Positions 9,744-19,828 of a stretch of 64,000 nt of DNA are shown piece by piece. Position 1 is the stretch's first letter, and each line of letters opens with the position of its first letter. The DNA lies in the NCBI RefSeq assembly GCF_002964605.1, contig NZ_PQDH01000002.1, positions 541,090 to 605,089 of the forward strand, read 5' to 3'. The position numbers and the translations under genes are program-made. This DNA comes from Vallitalea okinawensis (lineage in GTDB: Bacteria; Bacillota; Clostridia; Lachnospirales; PQDH01). The notes below the pieces were generated by a model that saw only the letters and a list, made by a program, of their open reading frames with translations, was not told where the DNA came from and made no database searches.

Positions 9744-10610
9744 TTAACCTTTTATGCCTCCTAATTGAATACCATTTATCATATTCTTTTGAAAAATCGA
9801 AAATAAAATAACTGGAGGTACGATTGTAAAAAACAGAGATACTACTATATAATCATCAGGAAATGTTGACATACTGAATAATTTAACCATAACTGTTTTA
9901 ACATTTTCTTTTCTTAATATTAAATAAGGCATCAAGAAGTCTGACCACGCAGCATTAAGTGCAAAAATAGTGATAACAGTGTTAACCGCCTTACTCATTG
10001 GCGTTATGATATGGGTGAATATTTTGAGTTTGGAACAACCATCAATCCGAGCTGCTTCAATGTAGGACTTAGGAATTGCATCAAAAAATTGCTTATAAAG
10101 TATACAAAAATATGCATTTGCACCGACGCCCAGCATTAGTGGAATATAGGAGTTTAGCAACTTCACATCAACAATATTTTTGAATAAAGTCATCATACTG
10201 ACTGTGGTTGGTATCATCATACTCATGACAACCAGATTAAATACTACCTTGCTCCCTTTTGGTTTCAGTATAGATACAGCATAAGCCAACATGCCATTAA
10301 ATAGCATTGCGCACACGACACTACCAAACACAACAATAAGGGAATTGATAAAATATTTAGTGAAACCAACAGAGTTCCATACAATCCATAGCTTTTCTGG
10401 ATTAAAACTACGAGGTATAATGGTTGCTGGTATACCATAAAACTCCTTCGTATCTTTTAAACTTGATAAGATCACCCACAATGGTGGAAAAATGCATAAA
10501 ATAATAATTAAAAATCCAAATACCATAATGAAGCTGTAGAGGATCTGTATTCTTTTTTGCTTTAAATCGATTTGACTAATGAATCCATAATTTTTATTCT
10601 CAAAAAACAC
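9744..10610 (-). CDS. carbohydrate ABC transporter permease (MalG-like)
   Basis: 288 aa, 6 TM. EAARIDGCSKLKIFTHIITPMS is the EAA-loop signature of ABC permeases. Confidence 0.85.
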   Translation of the reverse strand: MFFENKNYGFISQIDLKQKRIQILYSFIMVFGFLIIILCIFPPLWVILSSLKDTKEFYGIPATIIPRSFNPEKLWIVWNSVGFTKYFINSLIVVFGSVVCAMLFNGMLAYAVSILKPKGSKVVFNLVVMSMMIPTTVSMMTLFKNIVDVKLLNSYIPLMLGVGANAYFCILYKQFFDAIPKSYIEAARIDGCSKLKIFTHIITPMSKAVNTVITIFALNAAWSDFLMPYLILRKENVKTVMVKLFSMSTFPDDYIVVSLFFTIVPPVILFSIFQKNMINGIQLGGIKG

Positions 10611-10625
10611 AATGGTTCCTCCTTT

Positions 10626-11522
10626 CTAAGCTTCTTTATTTTTCGTCACCTTCATATAGATGAAAGAAATGACAAATAATAAAATACCCACCAAACTACC
10701 TACAGTTGCTGCCATATCAATCTTATTATATTTAAATGCATATTTATAGGTTAGTAACAGTAATGACATAGAGGAATTTAAAGGTCCCCCGTCTGTCATA
10801 ATTAAAGGTTCCTGCATTACCTTGAAGACGTTGATAAACTGAAGAATCAACATCATTTTAGCTAAAGGCATAATCTTCGGAATAGTTATATGTCTAATTT
10901 TTGTCCATATACCACCACCATCGATAGCAACTGCCTCATACAAGTTCTGATCCACACTTTGTAGAGATGCCATGTAGATTAAAACTGCTCCACCAAAAGC
11001 CTTCCATGTCATAGTCATGATAATCAATGGTATACTATACCTAGGATCTTGAATCCACATGAATGGTCCTAAACCAAACCAACCAATGATTGTATTGAAA
11101 ACGCCACCCTCTCCTGGTGCCATCAACATTTTCCACATGAGATATGCAGCTAAACCTGGTACAATATTAGGAAAATACACTCCCAATCTAAATACACCTT
11201 TAAAATGAACCAATTCATTGAGAAATATTGCAATAATAATGGGCGCAAAATATCCAATAATAATGGACCAAAAAGCATATGAAAATGTATTATTCAAAGC
11301 ATTATAAAAATCTGAACTACTTAAAACATTTATATAATTATCAAAACCTACGAATTCAATCATTTTGAACCCATTCATTTTGAAGAAAGAGTAACGAATT
11401 CCAGATAATAATGGATGCCAAATAAAAAAAGAAAAGAGTATGATACTAGGTATTATAAATAACCATGATGTAAAATTTTGCTTAAAACTTATTAACGCTC
11501 CTTTTTTCAAATCTTTCACCAA
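10626..11522 (-). CDS. carbohydrate ABC transporter permease (MalF-like)
   Basis: 298 aa polytopic. EAVAIDGGGIWTKIRHITIPKIMP EAA loop. Confidence 0.85.
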   Translation of the reverse strand: MVKDLKKGALISFKQNFTSWLFIIPSIILFSFFIWHPLLSGIRYSFFKMNGFKMIEFVGFDNYINVLSSSDFYNALNNTFSYAFWSIIIGYFAPIIIAIFLNELVHFKGVFRLGVYFPNIVPGLAAYLMWKMLMAPGEGGVFNTIIGWFGLGPFMWIQDPRYSIPLIIMTMTWKAFGGAVLIYMASLQSVDQNLYEAVAIDGGGIWTKIRHITIPKIMPLAKMMLILQFINVFKVMQEPLIMTDGGPLNSSMSLLLLTYKYAFKYNKIDMAATVGSLVGILLFVISFIYMKVTKNKEA

Positions 11523-11629
11523 CTTCCCATAATAAAGAGGTAAGCAGTTTTCACCACTTCCCTCTTATATTCAGTAATACTTATTGCATTATAACCTTTT
11601 CGGAGCACAATTAAGGCAACAGTTGCTTA

Positions 11630-13072
11630 CTAGTTTAATGTATCAAGATAATCCTTTTGGAACTTCTCATCAGCTGCTTTAACAATTCCTTCAATATCAG
11701 AGTCTGGTGATGCTAAAGTAGCTTGAATAACATCATCAAGAGTAGCGTATAATTCTTGTGTGAAAACTGGCTCTTCAGGTTTTAAGATATTTGGTGTCAC
11801 TTCAAAATAATCATTAAATAGTTTCATGTCCACGTTTGTATATTTTTCAATGATTTCATTTTCCGCTTTAACTCTATCTTCATCAATCCAGACTGGAATG
11901 GATGTTGGTCCGACTACTTCACCATTCTCAGCTTTTGTACTGTAAGTATTGTCCCAAGAAGTTTTTAGTTCTTCACTTATATTAGGTGAAAAACCTGTTA
12001 TCTCCATAAACTTAAGACATGCATCGATTTGCTCTGGGGTTGCATCAGCAGAAAACATATAGATATTACCACCTGTCAAAGCATATTGACCTCCTGGACC
12101 TTCTGGCATAGGAGCAATTGCAATGGCATCTTTATTCATGCTGTATTGTTGAACAGGATTATTGATTGCATCTACAGCCGCTAAAACCATACCTACATTA
12201 TCTGTACCATAGTTTTGTACCCATTCCCCCCATGCTAACAATGCATCAGGTAACAATACATTTGAATCATATTTCAAAGATCGAATAAACTTTAAAGATT
12301 CAATAACTTCTGGTGAATCAATATTACTCATCCACTTACCATCTTCTAGCACTTCAAACTCTGCACCAAAATTCCATGCTAAGTTTGTGAAATGCCATCC
12401 ACCAACATTACTATTTGTCGCAATATACATACCAGCCTTACCTGTTTTTTCAGTAATTATTTCAGCAGTCTTAACCAACTCATCATAAGTTTTTGGGTAT
12501 AAAGGCATTCCCTCTGAGTCAACTAAGCCGGCTTCTCTAAATAGATTCATATTCATCAAAAGCCCTAAGCCATAACCACTATATGGAAGACCATACAATC
12601 GACCTTCTTTTGATGTAATCTCCAAAAATCCTGGATTAATTTTTTTATCATAGCCTGTTTCCTGGATAATTTCTGTAATATCAGCTACATAGCCGCCTTC
12701 AATTAATTTCTTAGGTTCAGTAAACCAAGTACTAAATACTGTTGGTGTCTCACCTGCTAAGGCCATTGGTAAAAATGTACTTTCATCGTATTTATAATAG
12801 TCTGGAATAACCGTTATGTACGGGTATTTTTCTTCACAAATTTTCTTATACTCTTCAAACTCTACTAATTCATTTTCTCTATCTTCAGCTGGCCAAAAGC
12901 CAATACGTATCTCTACAGGTTCTTGATCACTCATATTGGTTTTAGTCTCTGATTGATCAGAACCCGTTGTCGCATTGGTTGTGTCACCATTTTCAGAGTC
13001 AATACTCCCACAACCAACTAATAAAGAACTAATAAGTGTTATGCATAAAAATAAACTTATGATCTTTTTCAT
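11630..13072 (-). CDS. extracellular sugar-binding lipoprotein (ABC transporter substrate-binding protein)
   Basis: 480 aa. Lipobox LLVGCGS after the signal peptide. Size and position are typical of a family-1 solute-binding protein, upstream of two permeases. Confidence 0.8.
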   Translation of the reverse strand: MKKIISLFLCITLISSLLVGCGSIDSENGDTTNATTGSDQSETKTNMSDQEPVEIRIGFWPAEDRENELVEFEEYKKICEEKYPYITVIPDYYKYDESTFLPMALAGETPTVFSTWFTEPKKLIEGGYVADITEIIQETGYDKKINPGFLEITSKEGRLYGLPYSGYGLGLLMNMNLFREAGLVDSEGMPLYPKTYDELVKTAEIITEKTGKAGMYIATNSNVGGWHFTNLAWNFGAEFEVLEDGKWMSNIDSPEVIESLKFIRSLKYDSNVLLPDALLAWGEWVQNYGTDNVGMVLAAVDAINNPVQQYSMNKDAIAIAPMPEGPGGQYALTGGNIYMFSADATPEQIDACLKFMEITGFSPNISEELKTSWDNTYSTKAENGEVVGPTSIPVWIDEDRVKAENEIIEKYTNVDMKLFNDYFEVTPNILKPEEPVFTQELYATLDDVIQATLASPDSDIEGIVKAADEKFQKDYLDTLN

Positions 13073-13272
13073 TGCTGTAAAACCTCCAACATTTATTTAT
13101 TTGATAATTTCACTAATGTGCTTTTCCGGAACTCACATCTATATTATAACAGGCATCATAGAAATAAAAAATCGATAAAACTATCAAATGGTTTGTAATA
13201 ATATCCACTTTCTTTACCCACCTATTCACCTATGTTATACTAAAGAAAAATTACTTAAGAAAGTTCTAGGAT

Positions 13273-14601
13273 GTGAATGCTATGTTAAAACTGATTATTG
13301 TTGACGATGAATATCTTGTTAGAAAAGGACTTATATCGACGATAGACTGGATATCTATGGATATGGAAGTGGTTGGTGAAGCTGAAGACGGTGAAGAAGG
13401 TCTTGAATTAGTTAAGATTCTACGACCAGATATTATTATTACTGATATCCGAATGCCTAACATGAACGGTATAGAATTCATGGAAGCCGTACGTCAATTA
13501 TATTCAGATCAATCGGATTACTATGCTCACTTTATTATACTTAGCGGCTTTGATGAGTTTGAATATGCAAAAAAAGCTATTGAGAACGGAGCCCTAGCTT
13601 ATTTATTGAAGCCAATTGATAACGAAGTTATTTACGATACAATGAAAACAATTATTAAGAAAATAAAAAAGCAGCGTAGCACTCATAATTATTACAATAA
13701 ATTGCAACAAGAATTAACAAGTATTAAGCGTCAGTTTATTTATAATCTCATCCAAGGATCTATACATGAATTAGATATAATCCAAGAAAAAATAAAGTTT
13801 TTAGATTTGCCATTTAGTGAAGACAATCAATTGATTCTCTTTTTACAGCTTGATCAGCGCCATCGAGTTGGGGAGTCTTTAACAATAACAGAGCGTAATC
13901 AATTTCAGTATTTTTTAGAGAAAAATATTTCTCATCAGCTTCTCTTAGCTTCTGAGTACTATGGACTATTTGTTCAAATTGCTCCTTTTCAATGGGCAAT
14001 ACTACTCCAATCCATGGTCACAGATAAAGAGCGATTACATCATCAACTAAGGATAGCTTGTAATAGTTTTTTTAAGCAAACAGAAGAAACTATAGACAGA
14101 AAAGGGATGTCCAACCTTCCTAAACACTTGACATATTCCATAGGTATCAGTCAACTGAATCAGTCCATGTTGGAACTTAACCAACAATACAAACAGGCTA
14201 TACAGGCTGCTGATCACAAGTTGATTTTAGACGCATCAACTTTAACTTTTTATGATGATTTATTTAACACTCGTTATCGACCAGAGATACAAAATGCAAT
14301 CCATTATATTCATAAACATTATCAAGAAAATATAACCATCAAAGAAGCTGCTGAAGCATTGCACCTAAGTGCGTCACATCTCATGAGGTTATTTAAATCA
14401 GAAGTATCTGTAACCTTTAACGATTATCTTACCAACTACCGCATCAAACTTGCAGAGGAATTATTAATGCGGGGTGAATACAAAGTCTATGAAGTAGCTA
14501 ATAAAGTCGGTTATTATGATGTTAAATATTTTAGTCAGGTATTCAAAAAAAGAACAGGATTGACCCCTAGAGAATATAAACAAAAGAAAGGGAATTATTA
14601 G
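13273..14601 (+). CDS. two-component response regulator, AraC-type output (YesN-like)
   Basis: Receiver domain (LKLIIVDDE...DIIITDIRMPNMNGIEF) plus C-terminal AraC HTH (...YYDVKYFSQVFKKRTGLTPREYK). Confidence 0.85.
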   Translation: MNAMLKLIIVDDEYLVRKGLISTIDWISMDMEVVGEAEDGEEGLELVKILRPDIIITDIRMPNMNGIEFMEAVRQLYSDQSDYYAHFIILSGFDEFEYAKKAIENGALAYLLKPIDNEVIYDTMKTIIKKIKKQRSTHNYYNKLQQELTSIKRQFIYNLIQGSIHELDIIQEKIKFLDLPFSEDNQLILFLQLDQRHRVGESLTITERNQFQYFLEKNISHQLLLASEYYGLFVQIAPFQWAILLQSMVTDKERLHHQLRIACNSFFKQTEETIDRKGMSNLPKHLTYSIGISQLNQSMLELNQQYKQAIQAADHKLILDASTLTFYDDLFNTRYRPEIQNAIHYIHKHYQENITIKEAAEALHLSASHLMRLFKSEVSVTFNDYLTNYRIKLAEELLMRGEYKVYEVANKVGYYDVKYFSQVFKKRTGLTPREYKQKKGNY

Positions 14602-14606
14602 TTATC

Positions 14607-16361
14607 ATGAAATCTAAATCTACAAAAAGAACTATTCATCTATTTCAGAAATTCAAGATTCGATATACTTTTTTGCTTCCGATGATTTTATGGATTATGG
14701 TCTCTTCTATTGTTTTATCAACGATAGTTTTCTTTGTTTCAGGAAAATTTATAGAAAATGAAAACACTAAATTTATTCATAAGATACATGAAGAGACTGG
14801 TAGCCAATTGGAACTTAATTTTAATCGTCTGAGTATTTTTAGTTCAAATCTACTTAAAAACAATACCTTTCATAAATTACTACGAGATAATTCTAAGACC
14901 TTTGATGAAAAATCAGAATCACTTAGTCGTATTTTTGGTGATATAGGTTATGAGACTTCAGTTATAGGCTTTATTAAGATCATCACTAATGATTTGATAA
15001 TCTATAACCATACCCTAGAAGATATTCAGTTACCTACACCACCAATTGAAATACTGAACCAGTATTTATCAGAAAAATTCATATGGCAATGGGGTGAAAT
15101 GGTTCATGATCAGAATGGTAAGGCTTACTTACCCTATATACTAAAAGTGCATAACCTTTCGACTATGAAAGATAGTGGCATAGCTATCATCTACCTTAGA
15201 GAAGATACCTTACATGCTAGTTATAATAATTTATTGCCACAAGGAAGCGAATCCTTTATCCTATCTGGAGAGAACTACGTCATCTCTCATTCTAAGTCGG
15301 ATTATATTGGCTATAAGCTCTTTGACAATAATCTCTATATGGATACAAACTCCTTTTCATCCAATCGAGTCAATCAATTTGGTAAATCTGATGTTATTGT
15401 CGCAACTAACCTAGATGACTATATAGGAGGGTATCATCTGAACTGGACTATCATTACGAAGATTCCTACTTATATCCTATTCAAAGAGTTGGATCAGATT
15501 CGAACCAGCATTATTATCATAACTATATTGACTGTAACATTAGTTTCTCTAGTGATTCTTTCATTGTCCAAAACTTTATCAACGTCCATCTCCAACTTCA
15601 ATCAAAGGATTCAACAATATATAAAGGGAAATGTTACTGAGACCGAAAAGGGATCTGTTAGTAATGAAATACTGGAGTTAGAGCATGCGTATGATGCTTT
15701 GATACAAAGAATCCAATACTTGATTGAGACTAATAACCAAGAAAAAGAGAAGCAAAGAGATTTGGAATTACAAGCTCTCCAAGCCCAAATTAATCCTCAT
15801 TTTCTTTACAATACTCTTGATGCCGTTGCTTGGATTGCTAAAATGAAAAATCAAAAAGATATCGTTGATATTATTCTCTCTTTAGCTACCTTTTTCCGCT
15901 TAAGTCTTCATAAAGGTGACAAATACATTACTTTAGAAGAAGAACTGGATATAGTAAAAAGTTATGTAGCTATTGAGAAAATCCGTTTTCCAAATAAGTT
16001 TGAGTTGATTACTGACATTGACGAGGACTTATTGGACTATACAGTATTAAAGCTTATTTTTCAGCCCTTTGTTGAAAATGCCATCAAACATGGTATCAGT
16101 AAGAAGAAAGGTCCTGGGACTATTCACATCTCAGGTTTCTTAAAAGAAGGTACTTTAATCTTCCAGATTTCTGATGACGGTATTGGAAATGATGATATCA
16201 GTGCATTTTTTAAACCTGCCAAGGTTCAATCAGGGGGCTATGGTATCTTAAATGTTCGTGAACGTATGCGCATTGAATACGGTAAAGGCACTGATCTTTC
16301 TATAACTTCAGCTGCTGGTAAGGGCACTCTCATTACAATAACAATACCTATGATTGATTAA
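14607..16361 (+). CDS. sensor histidine kinase (YesM-like, His_kinase + HATPase)
   Basis: 2 TM flanking an extracytoplasmic sensor domain. QAQINPHFLYNTLDAVAW H-box and C-terminal GPGTIHISG...DDGIG ATPase motifs. Confidence 0.85.
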   Translation: MKSKSTKRTIHLFQKFKIRYTFLLPMILWIMVSSIVLSTIVFFVSGKFIENENTKFIHKIHEETGSQLELNFNRLSIFSSNLLKNNTFHKLLRDNSKTFDEKSESLSRIFGDIGYETSVIGFIKIITNDLIIYNHTLEDIQLPTPPIEILNQYLSEKFIWQWGEMVHDQNGKAYLPYILKVHNLSTMKDSGIAIIYLREDTLHASYNNLLPQGSESFILSGENYVISHSKSDYIGYKLFDNNLYMDTNSFSSNRVNQFGKSDVIVATNLDDYIGGYHLNWTIITKIPTYILFKELDQIRTSIIIITILTVTLVSLVILSLSKTLSTSISNFNQRIQQYIKGNVTETEKGSVSNEILELEHAYDALIQRIQYLIETNNQEKEKQRDLELQALQAQINPHFLYNTLDAVAWIAKMKNQKDIVDIILSLATFFRLSLHKGDKYITLEEELDIVKSYVAIEKIRFPNKFELITDIDEDLLDYTVLKLIFQPFVENAIKHGISKKKGPGTIHISGFLKEGTLIFQISDDGIGNDDISAFFKPAKVQSGGYGILNVRERMRIEYGKGTDLSITSAAGKGTLITITIPMID

Positions 16362-16396
16362 ATTGGACAATATTTTATAGAAAGGAGTAGATCATC

Positions 16397-17362
16397 ATGC
16401 TGAAAAAATTGAATCTTAAATACAAGTTTATTCTTTTTCTCATATTGTCCATACACATCTTATTAATAGGTATTTTTTGTTACTATTATAGCAGAGATAT
16501 TATCAAGAAAAATTATCTATCCTTAAGTTCTTCTAACATTGCTCAAAAAGGAGAAAACATTGAAACCTATATGCAACTAATAGAAGGAGCATTTGAAAAA
16601 GTAGGAAAAGATGAACGTTTATTAAATCAAATAAATACTTATGCATATAATGACCAGCTAGACCATCTCCTACAAAATTACAAACTGACTATACCGGGTA
16701 TCTTTAAAATTAGCTTAGTTAGTAAGAGTGGTGAACTCTATGTAACTGACATAACTGATACTGTCTATAAACCTAGTTATACGATACCACCTCAATCAGC
16801 TCTACTAAAAAAAGGGTGGTCCATAAGCTCCCCTCTATTAAACGAAGATCAAACTTTTCTTCATTTTACTCAAAATCTCGAGTCATCTAATGCAATTGCT
16901 GAAGGTAAGATAATTCTACAAATTGATACTAAATATTTAGGTAACATTATCCACTCTACAAGTACAGAAGACACTGACATTCTATTAAACAATATAGGTC
17001 AATCCATTACCTTATTTCATTCGACTAATGAAATCAATGACCCCCTTGAAGCTATTAAGACTGATATGCGTAATGGTACACTTTATAGTAACCCATATCC
17101 CAATGGTAATGTGGATATCTATGATATTAACACTAAATATGTATTTATATATGATTATGACAATTATCCTTTTCAACTTATAGCTGTTCAACCATCTACA
17201 GCCATTAATGACAAGTTAACCTGGCTAAGATATGTTATCTTATGGACAAGTATTGCTTTAACATTGATTTCTTTCGTTATTAGCGTTCTTCTATCCAACA
17301 TGGTATGGCATCCCTTGGAAGCTATCCTTAGAAGGTTTAATTCAGATTATCAAGATAAGTAA
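16397..17362 (+). CDS. membrane sensor-domain protein resembling the N-terminal half of a YesM-type kinase, with no kinase core
   Basis: N-terminal TM, about 250-aa extracytoplasmic domain, second TM, then a stop after ...WHPLEAILRRFNSDYQDK. No H-box or ATPase motifs. Confidence 0.5.
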   Translation: MLKKLNLKYKFILFLILSIHILLIGIFCYYYSRDIIKKNYLSLSSSNIAQKGENIETYMQLIEGAFEKVGKDERLLNQINTYAYNDQLDHLLQNYKLTIPGIFKISLVSKSGELYVTDITDTVYKPSYTIPPQSALLKKGWSISSPLLNEDQTFLHFTQNLESSNAIAEGKIILQIDTKYLGNIIHSTSTEDTDILLNNIGQSITLFHSTNEINDPLEAIKTDMRNGTLYSNPYPNGNVDIYDINTKYVFIYDYDNYPFQLIAVQPSTAINDKLTWLRYVILWTSIALTLISFVISVLLSNMVWHPLEAILRRFNSDYQDK

Positions 17363-17450
17363 CTATATACTAATAACTCTTAATCAATAGTAGCCTAAGC
17401 AGACAACAATTGATTAAGCCGAATCTCTGGACAAATCTATTATAAGTAGA

Positions 17451-17481
17451 AAACCCGAAATACATTGAATATTTCGGGTTT
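17451..17481. terminator. bidirectional terminator between convergent genes
   Basis: 12-bp perfect stem AAACCCGAAATA / TATTTCGGGTTT, flanked by A-run and T-run. Confidence 0.6.
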
Positions 17482-17489
17482 ACTATTCT

Positions 17490-18278
17490 TTAATTATTAA
17501 CTTCTTGCATTTGACGAATTTGTTTCAACATCATTTTCTTCGGCATCACTGGAGCCATTCCCATAATCATTCGTTGACCGAATGAAACACCAGCAATAAC
17601 ATTAAGCTTTCCTTCAACCATACCATTATACCCGTCTCTTGCTACATCATTAGCACTAAAGGTATTCTCAAATAAACTTGTTTTATCCATTCCTGATGTA
17701 CTTGCAAATTCTGTCTCAGTTGCTCCTGGTAAAAGAGCTGTTACTGTAATATTGGTATCATGTAACTCTTCTGAAATAGCATTACTGAATGAAGTTACAT
17801 AGGCCTTTGTTGCATAATAAACCGCTTGTAAAGGGCCTGGCATCAGGGATGCTGTAGATGATACATTTAATATTTTTCCTTTATTTCTCTTAACAAAATC
17901 GGGTAAGAATAATCTAGTCAATGTTGTTAATGCAACAACATTCAAATTAATCATAGCTAAATCCTTCTCCCAATCTCTTTCATGGAACTTACCTCTTCCA
18001 CCAAAACCAGCATTATTGATCAAATAATCTACTTTGATTCCTGATGCTTTTATTTCATTGTAGATTTCTGAAGCAGCTTCTGGCAATGTCAAGTCCTTGA
18101 CTATTACCATTACCTTTACATGGTGTTTCTTTTCCAACTCACTTTGTAACGCCTTAAGCTTATCTTCACGTCTTGCTACAATGATCAGATCGCCACCTTT
18201 TGAAGCATGGATGCGTGCAAATTCTTTTCCAATACCACTTGATGTACCTGTGATAAGCGCTGTTTTCTTTCTCATCAT
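17490..18278 (-). CDS. SDR family oxidoreductase (short-chain dehydrogenase)
   Basis: TGTSSGIGKEFA Rossmann motif, NNAG, and the YxxxK catalytic pair (YYATKAY). Confidence 0.85.
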   Translation of the reverse strand: MMRKKTALITGTSSGIGKEFARIHASKGGDLIIVARREDKLKALQSELEKKHHVKVMVIVKDLTLPEAASEIYNEIKASGIKVDYLINNAGFGGRGKFHERDWEKDLAMINLNVVALTTLTRLFLPDFVKRNKGKILNVSSTASLMPGPLQAVYYATKAYVTSFSNAISEELHDTNITVTALLPGATETEFASTSGMDKTSLFENTFSANDVARDGYNGMVEGKLNVIAGVSFGQRMIMGMAPVMPKKMMLKQIRQMQEVNN

Positions 18279-18377
18279 TGACCTCCTTCATATCTTATGG
18301 TTATTAAATTCCTAAATCTAACTTATCATATACTATCAATTATCTCTGAAATTTATAACATTACCATATAATCTAGA

Positions 18378-18770
18378 TTAACTGTTTATAAAATCGTATA
18401 CTTCATCAGTTAAGTCGCTAAAGAATGCTCTGCTAAAGCTTGAAATATTATTATTCCTAGAAATTCGATTAATCTGCATTGATGCAATAGCGCTATTCGT
18501 AAGTGTAACTACTTTTTTGGGGTTATTGGTATCAATCCCTTCAATATCACTCCAAAGCTGATTGATGTCTTGTGCCCAAACTCCTTTAGCTTCTCTATTA
18601 TCGATAATCAATGCTCTAGTTGTAGTATCACTAAAAGCATGTTGCAATAGTTCTGCGATTGCCTTACCTTCTTCTAATGTTACATGAAAGCTTTTATGCT
18701 TTACAAAAAACATTTCATTTTCTTTCCAATAACTTGTTGTTTTTGGTAGCTTATTATCAAAACTGTTCAT
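18378..18770 (-). CDS. hypothetical protein
   Basis: 130-aa ORF with uniform coding appearance. I do not recognise the family. Confidence 0.4.
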   Translation of the reverse strand: MNSFDNKLPKTTSYWKENEMFFVKHKSFHVTLEEGKAIAELLQHAFSDTTTRALIIDNREAKGVWAQDINQLWSDIEGIDTNNPKKVVTLTNSAIASMQINRISRNNNISSFSRAFFSDLTDEVYDFINS

Positions 18771-18936
18771 TTGTATTCACCATTCCTCCACAGATTTTAA
18801 CTGACAATATGTTTCTTATGTATCTCATTATAAGTAACACATTGTTATTTGTCAAGATAATATTATTACTTTTTTGAACTATAATATATAGTATCGGCTT
18901 TATAAATATCATAGTGTTGTCTATTTTCCATCATTA

Positions 18937-18945
18937 TGCTATAAT
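18937..18945 (+). promoter_or_regulatory. putative extended -10 promoter element (TGcTATAAT) for the TetR-family gene
   Basis: TGCTATAAT sits 27 nt upstream of the ATG, with AGGTGA RBS between them. A 15-bp palindrome ACTATAATATATAGT at about 18868-18884 could be an operator. Confidence 0.3.
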
Positions 18946-18972
18946 ATAGAGCAATAAAAGCGAGGTGATTAT

Positions 18973-19623
18973 ATGGCATTTGAACGGGCTCGAAATGAAG
19001 AAAATAAAAAAATCCGCTTGCAACAGATTAAAGATGCAGCAACAAAGTTATTTGATGAGATGAATTTCCACGATATTTCATTATCTAAAATCGGGAAAGA
19101 AATTAATTTCACCAGAGGTAATCTCTACAAATATATTTCTTCCAAAGAAGATATTTATTTATATGTTTTACTTGATGAAATGGCTGCTCTGGTTGAGGAT
19201 CTAGAATTTAATCTAATAAAAGAAGAAACGTTAGATACGAAAAATTTAGCTTATCAATGGGCAACTATCCTCGCAAGGCATCCTAGATATTTAAAGTTGA
19301 TGTCATTGCTATTCATGATTTTAGAACGTAATTCCAATTTAGACACACTGATATATTTTAAAAACAATTTGTTACCTATTCAAGTTCGAATGCTGGATGC
19401 TATCAAACATAATATTCCAGAATTCAATCAAGAAGATAGCTCTAAGTTATTAGAGTTGTCAATGTCGCTTGCTATAGGTAAATACCCACTATGTAACCCT
19501 TCTGAAATTCAGAAAGAGGCCACTGAACTTTCAAATATAAACTACTGCTTTCCAAATTTTATTGAAAGTTATTCAGAAGCTCTTGTGCTTCTAATCAACG
19601 GGATTAAGTTATCAAAAATGTAG
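18973..19623 (+). CDS. TetR/AcrR family transcriptional regulator
   Basis: N-terminal HTH ...FHDISLSKIGKEINFTRGNLYKYISSKEDIY is the classic TetR_N motif. Confidence 0.8.
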   Translation: MAFERARNEENKKIRLQQIKDAATKLFDEMNFHDISLSKIGKEINFTRGNLYKYISSKEDIYLYVLLDEMAALVEDLEFNLIKEETLDTKNLAYQWATILARHPRYLKLMSLLFMILERNSNLDTLIYFKNNLLPIQVRMLDAIKHNIPEFNQEDSSKLLELSMSLAIGKYPLCNPSEIQKEATELSNINYCFPNFIESYSEALVLLINGIKLSKM

Positions 19624-19632
19624 TAATAAATA

Positions 19633-19665
19633 GGAGAGCATCTAATTATCATTGATGCTCTCCTT
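19633..19665 (+). terminator. possible terminator hairpin after the TetR gene
   Basis: 11-bp stem AGGAGAGCATC / GATGCTCTCCT. The 3' T-tract is weak. Confidence 0.4.
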
Positions 19666-19828
19666 CAACTTTATATATATTATTTACCACTAAAATAATA
19701 ATACATGTGATTATATTTACACTTTTCACCATATCAAATCAACAAAAACACCTACCTCTTACAGGTAGATGCTTTCTTATGATTAATTTAGTTTTTAGAA
19801 TCTTATTTTAAACTGGTTGAAAAGATAA

